Below are positions 29,196 through 38,190 of a stretch of DNA of 64,000 bases, in pieces (within the stretch, counting starts at the first letter, position 1; the number at the start of each line of letters is the position of its first letter). The translations under genes were made by a program, and so were the position numbers. The notes below the pieces were generated by a model, which worked only from the letters and a program-made list of their open reading frames with translations, had not been told where the DNA came from and searched no databases. The stretch spans positions 128,001-192,000 of the forward strand of contig JBEKSS010000007.1 of NCBI GenBank assembly GCA_049516875.1. The letters run 5' to 3'. The stretch is from Candidatus Bathyarchaeia archaeon (GTDB lineage Archaea; Thermoproteota; Bathyarchaeia; Bathyarchaeales; Bathycorpusculaceae).

Positions 29196-31325
29196 ATGCA
29201 CCCAGTGTTAGAAATGTTCACAATCTTGGATGTGAAGTTCGAGGGAAGACGCTTGGCGAAAATTCAGCTTAGAACTAAACAGTTGGTATGTTTGTTTTTG
29301 ATGTTAACTTCGATGGTGTTGAGTTTTTCATTCTTGCCTAGAGCTAAGGCTGGAATGGTGTTGTTCGCGGTAACTCCGGATACAGGAAATGTTGGTACGA
29401 ACGTTACGTTGACGGCAAACCTCACAACAACAAATGGAAGATACAACATAACGTTTGACAACGTTGTTGAAGCCTTTGGAAACGCTACTGGAAACGATGT
29501 GACCGTCTCTTTTCTTGTTCCGGAGACCACTGTTGGTAGCCACGATGTGGCGGTAGTTGATGTGAATACGGGTGAGAATGCAACAGGGTATTTCGTTGTT
29601 TTATCGTCGTACTCCCTGAATGTCAGTGTGCCTGCACCGCCAGCGCAGCTGCAGGAAAATGACTCGGTGCCGATTTCCGTGAATGTAACTGGCGGGATAT
29701 ATAACAGCACGGTCGATGCTGAGATTACGGTCCAAACTCCGAATGGTACATCATACGTTCAAGACTTGGGCATTTCAACGTCAACCGTTGGAAGCGGCAA
29801 TGCAACCTTAGTTTATCCAGGGAATTTTTCGGGGGGCGCCAACACAGACTACGTTGGTGACTACGAGGTTTCTTTCGACTTATCAAATGCCACGATGCCT
29901 TTCTTCGTGGGTTTGACGAATTCGACAGAGTATCATAGGATGGAGACAATTAACGTGAAGGCTGTCTATGCGCAGAACGAAACTGTTACGCTTACCGTGT
30001 CCGGCTTGGGCATATCTCCTGTGAATGTGACGGCTGACTCTGCGGGTTTAATCAATTATTCAAGCTGGACAGTGCCGAATACTGCTTCGATAGGCAACTA
30101 CACGGTCAATATCGTTTCAGCATCGGGTCACACGGTGAAGACTCCGCAGGATACCCAGAACTTCACAGTTCCAGGTTTCGCTTTCAATGTGACCGCAAGG
30201 AACTTGGCTGGAGATTTGGTTCCGAACGTCGACGTTCGAGCCTTTGAGCATGAGGTGTCTGTCATCAACCGAACAACGAATTCGAATGGTCTCGCAGTGT
30301 TAACACTTGAGCTTGGAAACTTCACTTTGCAAGGGTATTTCCAGGGTGTGAAGGTTGGCGAACGTGAGGTTGAGGTCACCTACAATGAAACCTCGAACTT
30401 TCTTGATTTTATGGTCAATCTTACGAATTTGAACATTAGAGTTGTTTCTGTCGTGAATGGAGCTGAGATAGGCATCCCCGAAGTTGGGGTATACCTGACG
30501 CCGGGAGGTGTGGGGTTGAAGACGGACATCACTGGAAGCGTGATGGCTCATTCGCTGTTGCCCAATGCTACCTATGTTTTGAACGCGTCGCGATATAACA
30601 TACCGTTCCCCAACGTGACAACGATTGCAAGTCTACTGGGGGTCGATGGAAACCCAGTGAATGTGTCCTATGTAAACATTACATGTCCCTCATTCACCTT
30701 GAAAGTTAATGCCTTCAAGGCAGATGGGCAGCCTTTCAGCAATGCTGTCGTGGAAGCTAAAGAGTTGTTGGGTGGGATTCATTATCACGGAAACACGGAT
30801 TCGAACGGAACCGTCGCTTTCAGCGCTATTTTCGGTAAATATAATGTGGAAATTCATGATAGTGCGGGAAAGCAGCTTAACAGCACGGCCACAGACCTAT
30901 TTCAAGATCAGAACGTGACTGTGTACTGTAATCTCTTCGACTTGAGCATTTCGGTTACTGTAACTGACTACTTTGGGCAACCCTTTCCAAACATAAACAT
31001 AACGTTGCAGGGAAATGGTTCTGAACCGATTTCGAGTCGGACACAAGCCAATGGCATGGCCACGTTTGAAAACCTGATAGGTGATAGTTTCAGTATATCT
31101 GTTTACTTGTCGGAGCAGGGTCCGCCGACTGTGGTTGACAGTCTTCTTGTTGATGGTTCAACGGCAGTTCCAATCAGAATAAACAAGTACGTGTTGTTAG
31201 CGGGGTTCGTGGTTGAAACAAGTCAACTGGCGATTGCGGTCATCATTGTGCTGAGTCTAGTTCTGGTTCTTTCGTTGGAAGTCTACAGGAAAAGACGAAA
31301 TAAGTCAAAGAAAATCGACAGTTGA
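29196..31325 (+). CDS. Large secreted, membrane-anchored beta-sandwich (Ig/carboxypeptidase-regulatory-like) surface glycoprotein
   Basis: Signal peptide, repeated beta-rich domains (e.g. TDSNGT..F), many N-x-S/T sequons, C-terminal TM plus RKRR tail. Confidence 0.75.
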   Translation: MHPVLEMFTILDVKFEGRRLAKIQLRTKQLVCLFLMLTSMVLSFSFLPRAKAGMVLFAVTPDTGNVGTNVTLTANLTTTNGRYNITFDNVVEAFGNATGNDVTVSFLVPETTVGSHDVAVVDVNTGENATGYFVVLSSYSLNVSVPAPPAQLQENDSVPISVNVTGGIYNSTVDAEITVQTPNGTSYVQDLGISTSTVGSGNATLVYPGNFSGGANTDYVGDYEVSFDLSNATMPFFVGLTNSTEYHRMETINVKAVYAQNETVTLTVSGLGISPVNVTADSAGLINYSSWTVPNTASIGNYTVNIVSASGHTVKTPQDTQNFTVPGFAFNVTARNLAGDLVPNVDVRAFEHEVSVINRTTNSNGLAVLTLELGNFTLQGYFQGVKVGEREVEVTYNETSNFLDFMVNLTNLNIRVVSVVNGAEIGIPEVGVYLTPGGVGLKTDITGSVMAHSLLPNATYVLNASRYNIPFPNVTTIASLLGVDGNPVNVSYVNITCPSFTLKVNAFKADGQPFSNAVVEAKELLGGIHYHGNTDSNGTVAFSAIFGKYNVEIHDSAGKQLNSTATDLFQDQNVTVYCNLFDLSISVTVTDYFGQPFPNINITLQGNGSEPISSRTQANGMATFENLIGDSFSISVYLSEQGPPTVVDSLLVDGSTAVPIRINKYVLLAGFVVETSQLAIAVIIVLSLVLVLSLEVYRKRRNKSKKIDS

Positions 31326-31347
31326 AGCTAGGATAAGGAGTTTTGAA

Positions 31348-31364
31348 GAAAAAAGTTTATATGA
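31348..31364 (+). promoter_or_regulatory. BRE/TATA-like promoter
   Basis: GAAAAAAGTTTATATGA upstream of the 31436 ORF. Confidence 0.5.
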
Positions 31365-31435
31365 AGTCTAGCGGAAGATATTGTTTGAGAGACTTAGCTA
31401 GCGATGTAGTTTTGTGAGAGAAATGATCAAAGGTC

Positions 31436-31732
31436 GTGCATGTGTTGGCAGAGGTTAAAGGTTGTTCTCCAACATGTCAATCCTTCAGGTGTGCGAAAGA
31501 CGCAGCTGTCAACCGCAGGGATGCTGTGTGGTGCGGATGGACGGAAGAGACGTGTGATATCGCGGACTGCACATACGCTATGTGCATGAAAAGGCGGCTT
31601 TTGCCGAAGGGAGTTTGCGGAGAAACCATAAAAAGGAAGACTGTTGAGAAACAACCGGATGAAGTCATAGGTCCGACTGTAAAGCTTCGCGGCAGGGCGC
31701 TTCGCAAGATTGGAGAAAAGGAGATATTCTAA
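31436..31732 (+). CDS. Small Cys-rich hypothetical protein
   Basis: 8 Cys in the first ~65 aa, basic C-terminus; own TATA-like element. Confidence 0.65.
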   Translation: MHVLAEVKGCSPTCQSFRCAKDAAVNRRDAVWCGWTEETCDIADCTYAMCMKRRLLPKGVCGETIKRKTVEKQPDEVIGPTVKLRGRALRKIGEKEIF

Positions 31733-31804
31733 AGCGATCACTGGAGATTTCAAGTGCGACAGGACTAGGGGTCAGAAAGAAAGGCTTCCCCTATTTTTCC
31801 CCTT

Positions 31805-31972
31805 TTACTTGGCGGAGATACGTTTAACAACGGGCGGCTTCACTTTTCGCAGAATTCTGTAACCGCAAACTATGCATTTCGTTTCCCCACCGCGCATCTC
31901 CAGTTCTTCAGAAGGAACCTTTGATCCGCATCTCACACACTCGTAAACTATGCCCGTTGGTGTTCTTTCCAT
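31805..31972 (-). CDS. rpoP: RNA polymerase subunit Rpo12/P (absent from ORF track)
   Basis: Hand translation MERTPTGIVYECVRCG...TKCIVCGYRILRKVKPPVVKRISAK; GAGG RBS. Confidence 0.9.
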   Translation of the reverse strand: MERTPTGIVYECVRCGSKVPSEELEMRGGETKCIVCGYRILRKVKPPVVKRISAK

Positions 31973-32058
31973 GCTATTTTCCTCTTCGTAACAAGGAAAC
32001 CCATTTTGCTTTTAAATGTTTCCAGAGGATTCTATATTCCTGAGAAGAAGGGCACGCT

Positions 32059-32955
32059 TTGAGTAAACGCTTGAGAAACGCTCTTTCAGAAACTCTTCCT
32101 CCACAAAGCTTGGCTCATGTTTACAACTCGTATGACATTGTGGGTGACATAGCAATCATTCGTTTGACAGAAGCCTCTGAAGAATGCTGTCTAGAAATTG
32201 CAGATGCGGTTATGAAAGTTCATAAGAACGTCAAAACAGTGCTGGCTCAAACCAGTCCTGTTCATGGTGACTTCAGGCTGAGGAGATTCAAATTTGTTGC
32301 GGGTGAAAATGGAACGGTTACTACTCACAGAGAGCGGGGATGCCTATTCCTAGTTGACGTTGAGAAGGTCTATTTTTCACCCAGGCTTTCCCACGAGAGA
32401 ATGCGAATTGCGAAACAGGTCGGAAACGGTGAAGTTGTACTGAACATGTTCGCTGGAGCTGGCTGCTTTTCCATACTTATTGCCAAGTACTCGAAGGCTG
32501 AAAAAGTGTATTCTATCGATGTTAATCCCTCGGCAGTTAGGTACATGCAGGAGAACATCAGACTGAACGGAGTGTACGGAAGAGTGTCCTCTATGCTTGG
32601 CGATGCTCAAGAAATTGTTGAAAGAAATCTGCGTCGCATTGCGGACAGGGTTCTCATGCCTCTGCCTGAGAAAGCCTTTGAATACTTGCCTCATGCTTTG
32701 TCGGCGCTCAAAAAGGCTGGAGGATGGGTTCATTATTACGATTTTGAATATGGCAAGAAAAAAGAGGATGCCATTGAGAGAGTCAGGTTGAGAGTTTCCG
32801 AGAGGTTTCAAAGCTTAGGTGCAGCCTTTCAGATTCGATTCGGCCGCGTTGTCAGAGCGACAGGTCCAAACTGGTACCAAGTAGTCTTGGACATCGAAGT
32901 TTCTGAACCACGCACGGCAAACAATAAGTGTGGTTTTAATGAAAGAGTTTTATAG
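32059..32955 (+). CDS. Trm5/Taw2 family tRNA SAM-dependent transferase
   Basis: YDIVGDIAI, VYFSPRLSHER, MFAGAG.FSI, DVNP, DRVLMPLP, VHYY. Confidence 0.88.
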   Translation: MSKRLRNALSETLPPQSLAHVYNSYDIVGDIAIIRLTEASEECCLEIADAVMKVHKNVKTVLAQTSPVHGDFRLRRFKFVAGENGTVTTHRERGCLFLVDVEKVYFSPRLSHERMRIAKQVGNGEVVLNMFAGAGCFSILIAKYSKAEKVYSIDVNPSAVRYMQENIRLNGVYGRVSSMLGDAQEIVERNLRRIADRVLMPLPEKAFEYLPHALSALKKAGGWVHYYDFEYGKKKEDAIERVRLRVSERFQSLGAAFQIRFGRVVRATGPNWYQVVLDIEVSEPRTANNKCGFNERVL

Positions 32956-32988
32956 TTTCGAAACAAAAGGAAATTGGAGGAATGACTT

Positions 32989-33264
32989 ATCAAAAAGAAA
33001 TTGATGGAAATATTAGCGTGTCCTATTGACAAGGAACACCCGTTGGAACTGTTTGTGTTTGAAGAGAAAGAGGAAATTGTGGAAGGGCTGATTGTCTGTC
33101 CGAAATGTTCAAGGTGGTACCCGATACGTGACGAGATTCCTGAAATGCTACCGGACGAGATGCGAAGCGAAAAGGAGGATTTGCCATTTCTGAAGAAGTG
33201 GAAGGCTAAAACTCCGGAGAAGATTCTGCGAGAGGGCAAGCCGTTCAATCTTGGGAAGCGTTGA
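32989..33264 (+). CDS. trm112: Trm112 family methyltransferase activator
   Basis: ILACPIDK, CPKC.RWYPI.DEIPEMLPD; start either ATC 32989 or TTG/ATG 33001/33004. Confidence 0.88.
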   Translation: MKKKLMEILACPIDKEHPLELFVFEEKEEIVEGLIVCPKCSRWYPIRDEIPEMLPDEMRSEKEDLPFLKKWKAKTPEKILREGKPFNLGKR

Positions 33265-33277
33265 AAGTTTGAAGTGT

Positions 33278-34225
33278 CTACTTCAGCCTGACTATCTTGT
33301 CGGTTGATGAAGATTTTATCGCTGACTCAGCTATTCTAAGGGCTTTCAAGCCATCGAGGCCCGTTATCAGCGGTTTCTCTTTTTTCAGAATGCAATTCGC
33401 AAAGTGTTGAAGCTCGAGTTTCAAGGGTTCTTGAATTTGATACCTCGGTTGCACAGTTTCCTTTGCATCTTCAACCGTTAACTCTTGGGTTATGTAGTCA
33501 AGCTTCATTATTGCTTCGCTACCCGTGGCTATTAGAATTCGAGTCTTGTAGGGTGTCAGCCAGTTGGATTCAATGAACGCACTTTTTCCTCCTTCAAAGG
33601 TGAGCATTATTTGAGCGTAGTCTTCAAATTTCTTATATCTCATGCTTCCAGTCTTTGCGTAAACAGCAATCGGGTCTTCGTCGAAGAGGTATAGCATTAC
33701 ATCTATGTCATGAATCGCCGTGTCCTTGACCACGCCCACATCGCCTATTCTCTCAGGCCATTGAGAAACTCTCTTGGCCGTGGCGCATACTAGTTCTCCG
33801 ATTGTCTCATTCTCAACAGCCTTTTTCATCTGCTGTAATCCTGGAATGAACCGCATCAAGAAACCGACGGTTAGGTGTACGCCCATTTTTTTAGCTGTGT
33901 CAAGGAGTTTTTCTGCCTGTTTCGTGTTTGCAGCCATTGGTTTCTCAACGAGGACGTGTTTCCCATTCTCTGCAGCTTTGGTAGCTTCTTTTGCGAGGCT
34001 AGTTGACCATGTGCAAACGCTTACTGCTTCGATGTCCTCGCTCCTGAACATTTTTCCTACGCTAGTGTAAGGTGTCACACCGAACTGCTTAGCCACGTTG
34101 CCGGCTCTTTCAGCATCTATATCGCATATAGCTACAAGTTCGGTTTCCGCCAGTTCTTTGTATACCCTCGCGTGGTTCTTCCCCCAGAAACCTGTTCCTA
34201 TGACCGCAGTCCTCACTTTCCTCAT
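33278..34225 (-). CDS. Gfo/Idh/MocA oxidoreductase (UDP-HexNAc 3-dehydrogenase-like)
   Basis: IGTGFWG.NHARVY, VEKP, DVGVVKDTAIHDID, NWLTPYK.R. Confidence 0.88.
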   Translation of the reverse strand: MRKVRTAVIGTGFWGKNHARVYKELAETELVAICDIDAERAGNVAKQFGVTPYTSVGKMFRSEDIEAVSVCTWSTSLAKEATKAAENGKHVLVEKPMAANTKQAEKLLDTAKKMGVHLTVGFLMRFIPGLQQMKKAVENETIGELVCATAKRVSQWPERIGDVGVVKDTAIHDIDVMLYLFDEDPIAVYAKTGSMRYKKFEDYAQIMLTFEGGKSAFIESNWLTPYKTRILIATGSEAIMKLDYITQELTVEDAKETVQPRYQIQEPLKLELQHFANCILKKEKPLITGLDGLKALRIAESAIKSSSTDKIVRLK

Positions 34226-35601
34226 TTAGTCCAAACTCCTCTTCCTAACCCTCGATATACAAAACCTTCCTTTTCAATTTTGCTTGGCTCCGCTACGCCT
34301 TCAAGGTCAACGATGGCGGCTGGCATTTTCATCGTGAGTCTCATTTTCCTGAGATTCATGCGTTTGAACTGGTCGTGTGCTGTGAGGATTATCATGCAGT
34401 CTGCGCGCTCCATGGCTCCGGTTATGTTTTTTTTGAAGTGGTATGGAGTGTCAGCAATTTCGTTCTCCGAAATGTATGGGTCGTAGAGGCTTATTTTGGC
34501 GCCTCTTGCTTCCAGAGCTTCGACAACCTTTTTCGCTGTTTTCTTGAGGGGACTCTGAGCATTTGGTGTTTGTGAAGCTCCAAGCAGCACAATTCTTGCT
34601 CTTTTCAGTGTTTTTCCGCAGCTCCTAAGTGCATCCTTGACCAGATTGACCACATGTTTAACAGTCTCTTCATTCGCTTCTCTTGCTGCCGTTGCAACTC
34701 GAGGCTTCAGGTTGAAGTTCTCCGCATCCTCCAACAGAAGATATGGTTCATCACTGACGCTGTCGTCTGCAAGTGTGGGTATCGGAGGCAGACTGTCAGT
34801 GCCGGTCCCAATGACTCTTTGGGCTTCAATGTAGTCCACGCCAACTTTTTCGCAAAGAAGAGCAGCTTCGTTTGCGAGGGCGAGGTTAACATCTCGTTGT
34901 AAGACTTCGAGGAGCGCGGCCACTTCTGCCGCTTTCATGTTGGCTGTTTCTCTAACGCCTTTTTTGGCGACTGTTTCTAAAATGATTGATGCAGCCCTCA
35001 GGCTGTCCTTGTCGGTTGCTGCAATGATTCGCTGATGGTTAGCTACTTCCTCTAACGTCTGGGTGTGCAGGGTTTGAATTGGACCGTAGGCCAGCCCGAA
35101 GTCCGTGCCAGCCTTGAGCCCCGATGTGTTTTCTAAGGTTTCTTTTATCAGGCCTTCTGTGATGCCAATTCCGGTCAGGCTCGTGACTATTACGAGGGAT
35201 CCTCGTTGAAGACTTGAGCCTATTTTCTTGCATGCGTTTTCTAGGTCTGAGTACTCGGCCTTTTTCTTCGAGCTGATTTTGACTGGGGTTGTGATTGCGA
35301 TGATGTCGCTGTGGGAAATTGCTTCCTTGATCTCGTTTGTTGCGCTCAAACGTCCTGTTTTTGTATGGCTTTTCAATTTAGCCCCTGCTTCGACTTTCAG
35401 AAAAGGAACTTTTCCCTTTGCAATGTGGCTGACCGTTGTCTGGTCGGCATCCACGCATGTGACTTTGAATCCCGCGTCTGCAAATAGAATGGCTTGCAGA
35501 ATGCCGGTTTGTCCACATCCGACGATGCTTACGGCGTGTTTCTCCCGCTTTTCCAAGGTATCCATTTCTTCTGGTTTTGCTTGCATTATCGGCGAGGACA
35601 T
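34222..35601 (-). CDS. Nucleotide-sugar dehydrogenase homologue with degenerate active site
   Basis: UDPG/MGDP-DH architecture (GCGQTG, AGTDFGLAY, RDVNLALANE, YDPY, LTAH) but no PER, catalytic Lys or GGHC. Confidence 0.8.
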   Translation of the reverse strand: MSSPIMQAKPEEMDTLEKREKHAVSIVGCGQTGILQAILFADAGFKVTCVDADQTTVSHIAKGKVPFLKVEAGAKLKSHTKTGRLSATNEIKEAISHSDIIAITTPVKISSKKKAEYSDLENACKKIGSSLQRGSLVIVTSLTGIGITEGLIKETLENTSGLKAGTDFGLAYGPIQTLHTQTLEEVANHQRIIAATDKDSLRAASIILETVAKKGVRETANMKAAEVAALLEVLQRDVNLALANEAALLCEKVGVDYIEAQRVIGTGTDSLPPIPTLADDSVSDEPYLLLEDAENFNLKPRVATAAREANEETVKHVVNLVKDALRSCGKTLKRARIVLLGASQTPNAQSPLKKTAKKVVEALEARGAKISLYDPYISENEIADTPYHFKKNITGAMERADCMIILTAHDQFKRMNLRKMRLTMKMPAAIVDLEGVAEPSKIEKEGFVYRGLGRGVWTK

Positions 35602-35634
35602 AGGGCAGTTCTCCGTGGCTTCTAAGGCTGTTGT

Positions 35635-37008
35635 TTAGCTTACGTTTTTGATGATCGCTTTGAGTTTCGAACTGTATTCTCTTATTAGCTGTCTGGTTTT
35701 TTGGCTGGTTTTGGCTTCTGCGTATAGCCTGTAGATTGGTTCGGTGCCGCTTGGTCTTATTAGGATGCTGCTCTTGTCTTTGAACCAGATTTTCACGCCG
35801 TCAAGGGTGTTGGTTTTTAGCCCTTTGGTTTGCTCGATTAGCTTTTGAAGGACTTTTTGTTTAAGTTCTTCTCTGCATTCGATTTTTGCTTTTTCAATGA
35901 AGTATTCGGGCAGTTCGTCTATTAGTGTTGAGAGTTTTTTGCCTGTTCTGGCCATGATGTTTAGGATTAGGGCGGTTGTCATTGCGCCATCTCTGACTGA
36001 TTGGTGAGGTCCGTAGAAGATTCCACCATTTTCTTCGCCGCCAAGCTTGGCTTTCAGTTCTTTCATGGTTTGAGCAACTGTTACGCTTCCAATTTTGGTC
36101 CACACAATTTCTCCTTTGTACTCGTCGGCTACGTCTTTAATTATGGTTGAGGAGCTCAGGGGCGTGACAATCTTTTCGTCTGGATTGTCCGTCAGAAAAT
36201 ATTTCGCGACTAGGGCGAATGTCTGGTCTCCCATGATGATCTTACCTTTCTCGTCGACGAAAATAGAGCGGTCAGCGTCGCCGTCATAGGCCACGCCCAA
36301 GTCTGCACCCACGGTCTTCACTGTGGTTGCCAAGTCCCCCAAGTTTTCCGGCCGTGGTTCAGGGGGTCTGCCTGAGAATGTTCCATCTATGTTTGCGTTT
36401 ATCGTGGTGACTTTGCATCCTAATTCTCTTGCGAGGCGCGGTCCGGCTAAACTGCCTACGCTGTTTGCTCCGTCGATTAATATGTGGTAGTGTTTCCGGG
36501 TTATTGCCGTCACGTTCACGTGTTTTTTTATAGCGTCGATGTATTCGTCGATTATTCCTGACAGTTCGCGTGTCGTTCCTATCGCGTTCCACCCGGCGAA
36601 GCTCACTTTTTCGGAGAAGTAGATGTTTTCAATTTCGATTTCATGTTCATGAGATATTTCTATTCCATCGTTCCATATCACTTTTATTCCATTGTATTCT
36701 GGCGGGTTGTGTGACGCTGTAACTATGACTCCGCCGTCGAGCTTGTGGCGTTTCACTGCGTATTGCAGTGCCGGTGTTGGCGCCATCCCTGCGAGGAGCA
36801 CGCTGCATCCTGTCGAGTTCAAGCCGGCTATGACGGCTTTCGCGAGCATTGGCCCGCTTGTTCTTGCGTCGTAGCCGACTACGAGTTCTCCTCGTCTAAA
36901 AAAAGTGCCTATTGCATTGCCAACTTTGATAGCCATTTCAGGGGTTAGTTCCTTGTTGGCAAGACCGCGGATGCCGTTGGTACCGAATAAATGTTTTGAG
37001 CTTAACAT
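35635..37008 (-). CDS. glmM: Phosphohexomutase (GlmM / PMM-PGM family)
   Basis: FGTNGIRG, TASHNP, DGDADR, GGEENGG, IRPSGTEP. Confidence 0.88.
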   Translation of the reverse strand: MLSSKHLFGTNGIRGLANKELTPEMAIKVGNAIGTFFRRGELVVGYDARTSGPMLAKAVIAGLNSTGCSVLLAGMAPTPALQYAVKRHKLDGGVIVTASHNPPEYNGIKVIWNDGIEISHEHEIEIENIYFSEKVSFAGWNAIGTTRELSGIIDEYIDAIKKHVNVTAITRKHYHILIDGANSVGSLAGPRLARELGCKVTTINANIDGTFSGRPPEPRPENLGDLATTVKTVGADLGVAYDGDADRSIFVDEKGKIIMGDQTFALVAKYFLTDNPDEKIVTPLSSSTIIKDVADEYKGEIVWTKIGSVTVAQTMKELKAKLGGEENGGIFYGPHQSVRDGAMTTALILNIMARTGKKLSTLIDELPEYFIEKAKIECREELKQKVLQKLIEQTKGLKTNTLDGVKIWFKDKSSILIRPSGTEPIYRLYAEAKTSQKTRQLIREYSSKLKAIIKNVS

Positions 37009-37029
37009 GCCGGGACAGGCCTCTTTCTA

Positions 37030-38124
37030 TCAAATGTGGTTAGGCGTTAATACACTTTTGGAGACTTCGTTTGCTGGGCAGACTGATATTCCCTCGGCGA
37101 GCGACACGTTGTCTTTTATTTTCGCGTGGTCACCGATTATGCAACCTTTTCCGATTTTGACTCTTTCTCCGATCGTCACGCCTTCGCCGATTATTGCGCC
37201 GCGTATTGAGGAAAAATCCGATACGACCGTTCCGGCGAAGATGATCGAATCCTGTATGTGCACGCTTTTGCCTATGATAACATCTTTGCCTACAACTGCG
37301 TAGGGTCCTAACACAGATTTTTCTCCTACACGGACATTTCTGTCGATGGCCACGGGCTTCCTGACTTCCACGTTCTTGCCAAGTTTGCTTTTCTGTTGGT
37401 CTGGGACGGAGGTGAGCATTTTTCGATTGATTTCTAAGTAATCTTCAGGTTTGCCGATGTCCATCCATAATCCGTTGAAGACATTTCCGTAGAGCGTGCC
37501 TTCTTCTGCAAGTTTTGGAAAGACTTCGTGTTCAATGGAGACTGCACGTCCTCCTGGAATGTGGTTGAAGATTTCTGGACTGAAAACGTACACTCCCGCG
37601 TTTATGAGGTTCGTTGTGGCGGTTCCAAGCTGAGGCTTTTCAACAAACCTTATTATGCGGTTGTCTTCGGCTAATTCAGCAACCCCGTATCTGCTCGGAT
37701 TCTCCACACTGCGAACAGCGATTGTTGCCACCGCCTTTTTTTCTTGGTGGGCCTGCAAGAGTCTAGCGTAGTCGACATCCGCAAATATGTCTCCGTTCAA
37801 AACTATGAACGGTCCATCGTGTCCGATTCGCTTTTCAGCCTTTTTTATTGAGCCACCAGTTCCCAAAGGCTTTCTCAAAGGGTCGTGTGAATAGGTAACG
37901 TGCACTCCGGATCTTGGGACTCGGTGATGTTTTATGTAGACCTCGGTCTGGTAAAAGACGGCCATTGTGACGTCGTGTATGTTGTTGCGTGCAAGTCTTT
38001 CAAAGGTCCACTGCAACAGAGGTTTGTTGGCTATCGGAAAGAGTATTTTGGGTCTCGAGCAGCTTAGTGGTCTCAGCCTTGTGCCGAAGCCTCCGGCTAG
38101 AATCACTGCTTTCAGAGTTTTCAC
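37030..38124 (-). CDS. Sugar-phosphate nucleotidyltransferase with left-handed beta-helix (GDP-mannose pyrophosphorylase/GlmU-like)
   Basis: LAGGFGTRLRPL, NGD, FVEKP, WMDIG, hexapeptide repeats; probable GTG 38124. Confidence 0.9.
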   Translation of the reverse strand: MKTLKAVILAGGFGTRLRPLSCSRPKILFPIANKPLLQWTFERLARNNIHDVTMAVFYQTEVYIKHHRVPRSGVHVTYSHDPLRKPLGTGGSIKKAEKRIGHDGPFIVLNGDIFADVDYARLLQAHQEKKAVATIAVRSVENPSRYGVAELAEDNRIIRFVEKPQLGTATTNLINAGVYVFSPEIFNHIPGGRAVSIEHEVFPKLAEEGTLYGNVFNGLWMDIGKPEDYLEINRKMLTSVPDQQKSKLGKNVEVRKPVAIDRNVRVGEKSVLGPYAVVGKDVIIGKSVHIQDSIIFAGTVVSDFSSIRGAIIGEGVTIGERVKIGKGCIIGDHAKIKDNVSLAEGISVCPANEVSKSVLTPNHI

Positions 38125-38190
38125 CGCCTTGGACTGTAGCTTTATATTCAATCTGCTTGCAATAAAACAGTTTGGTGAAGGTGGCAAATC

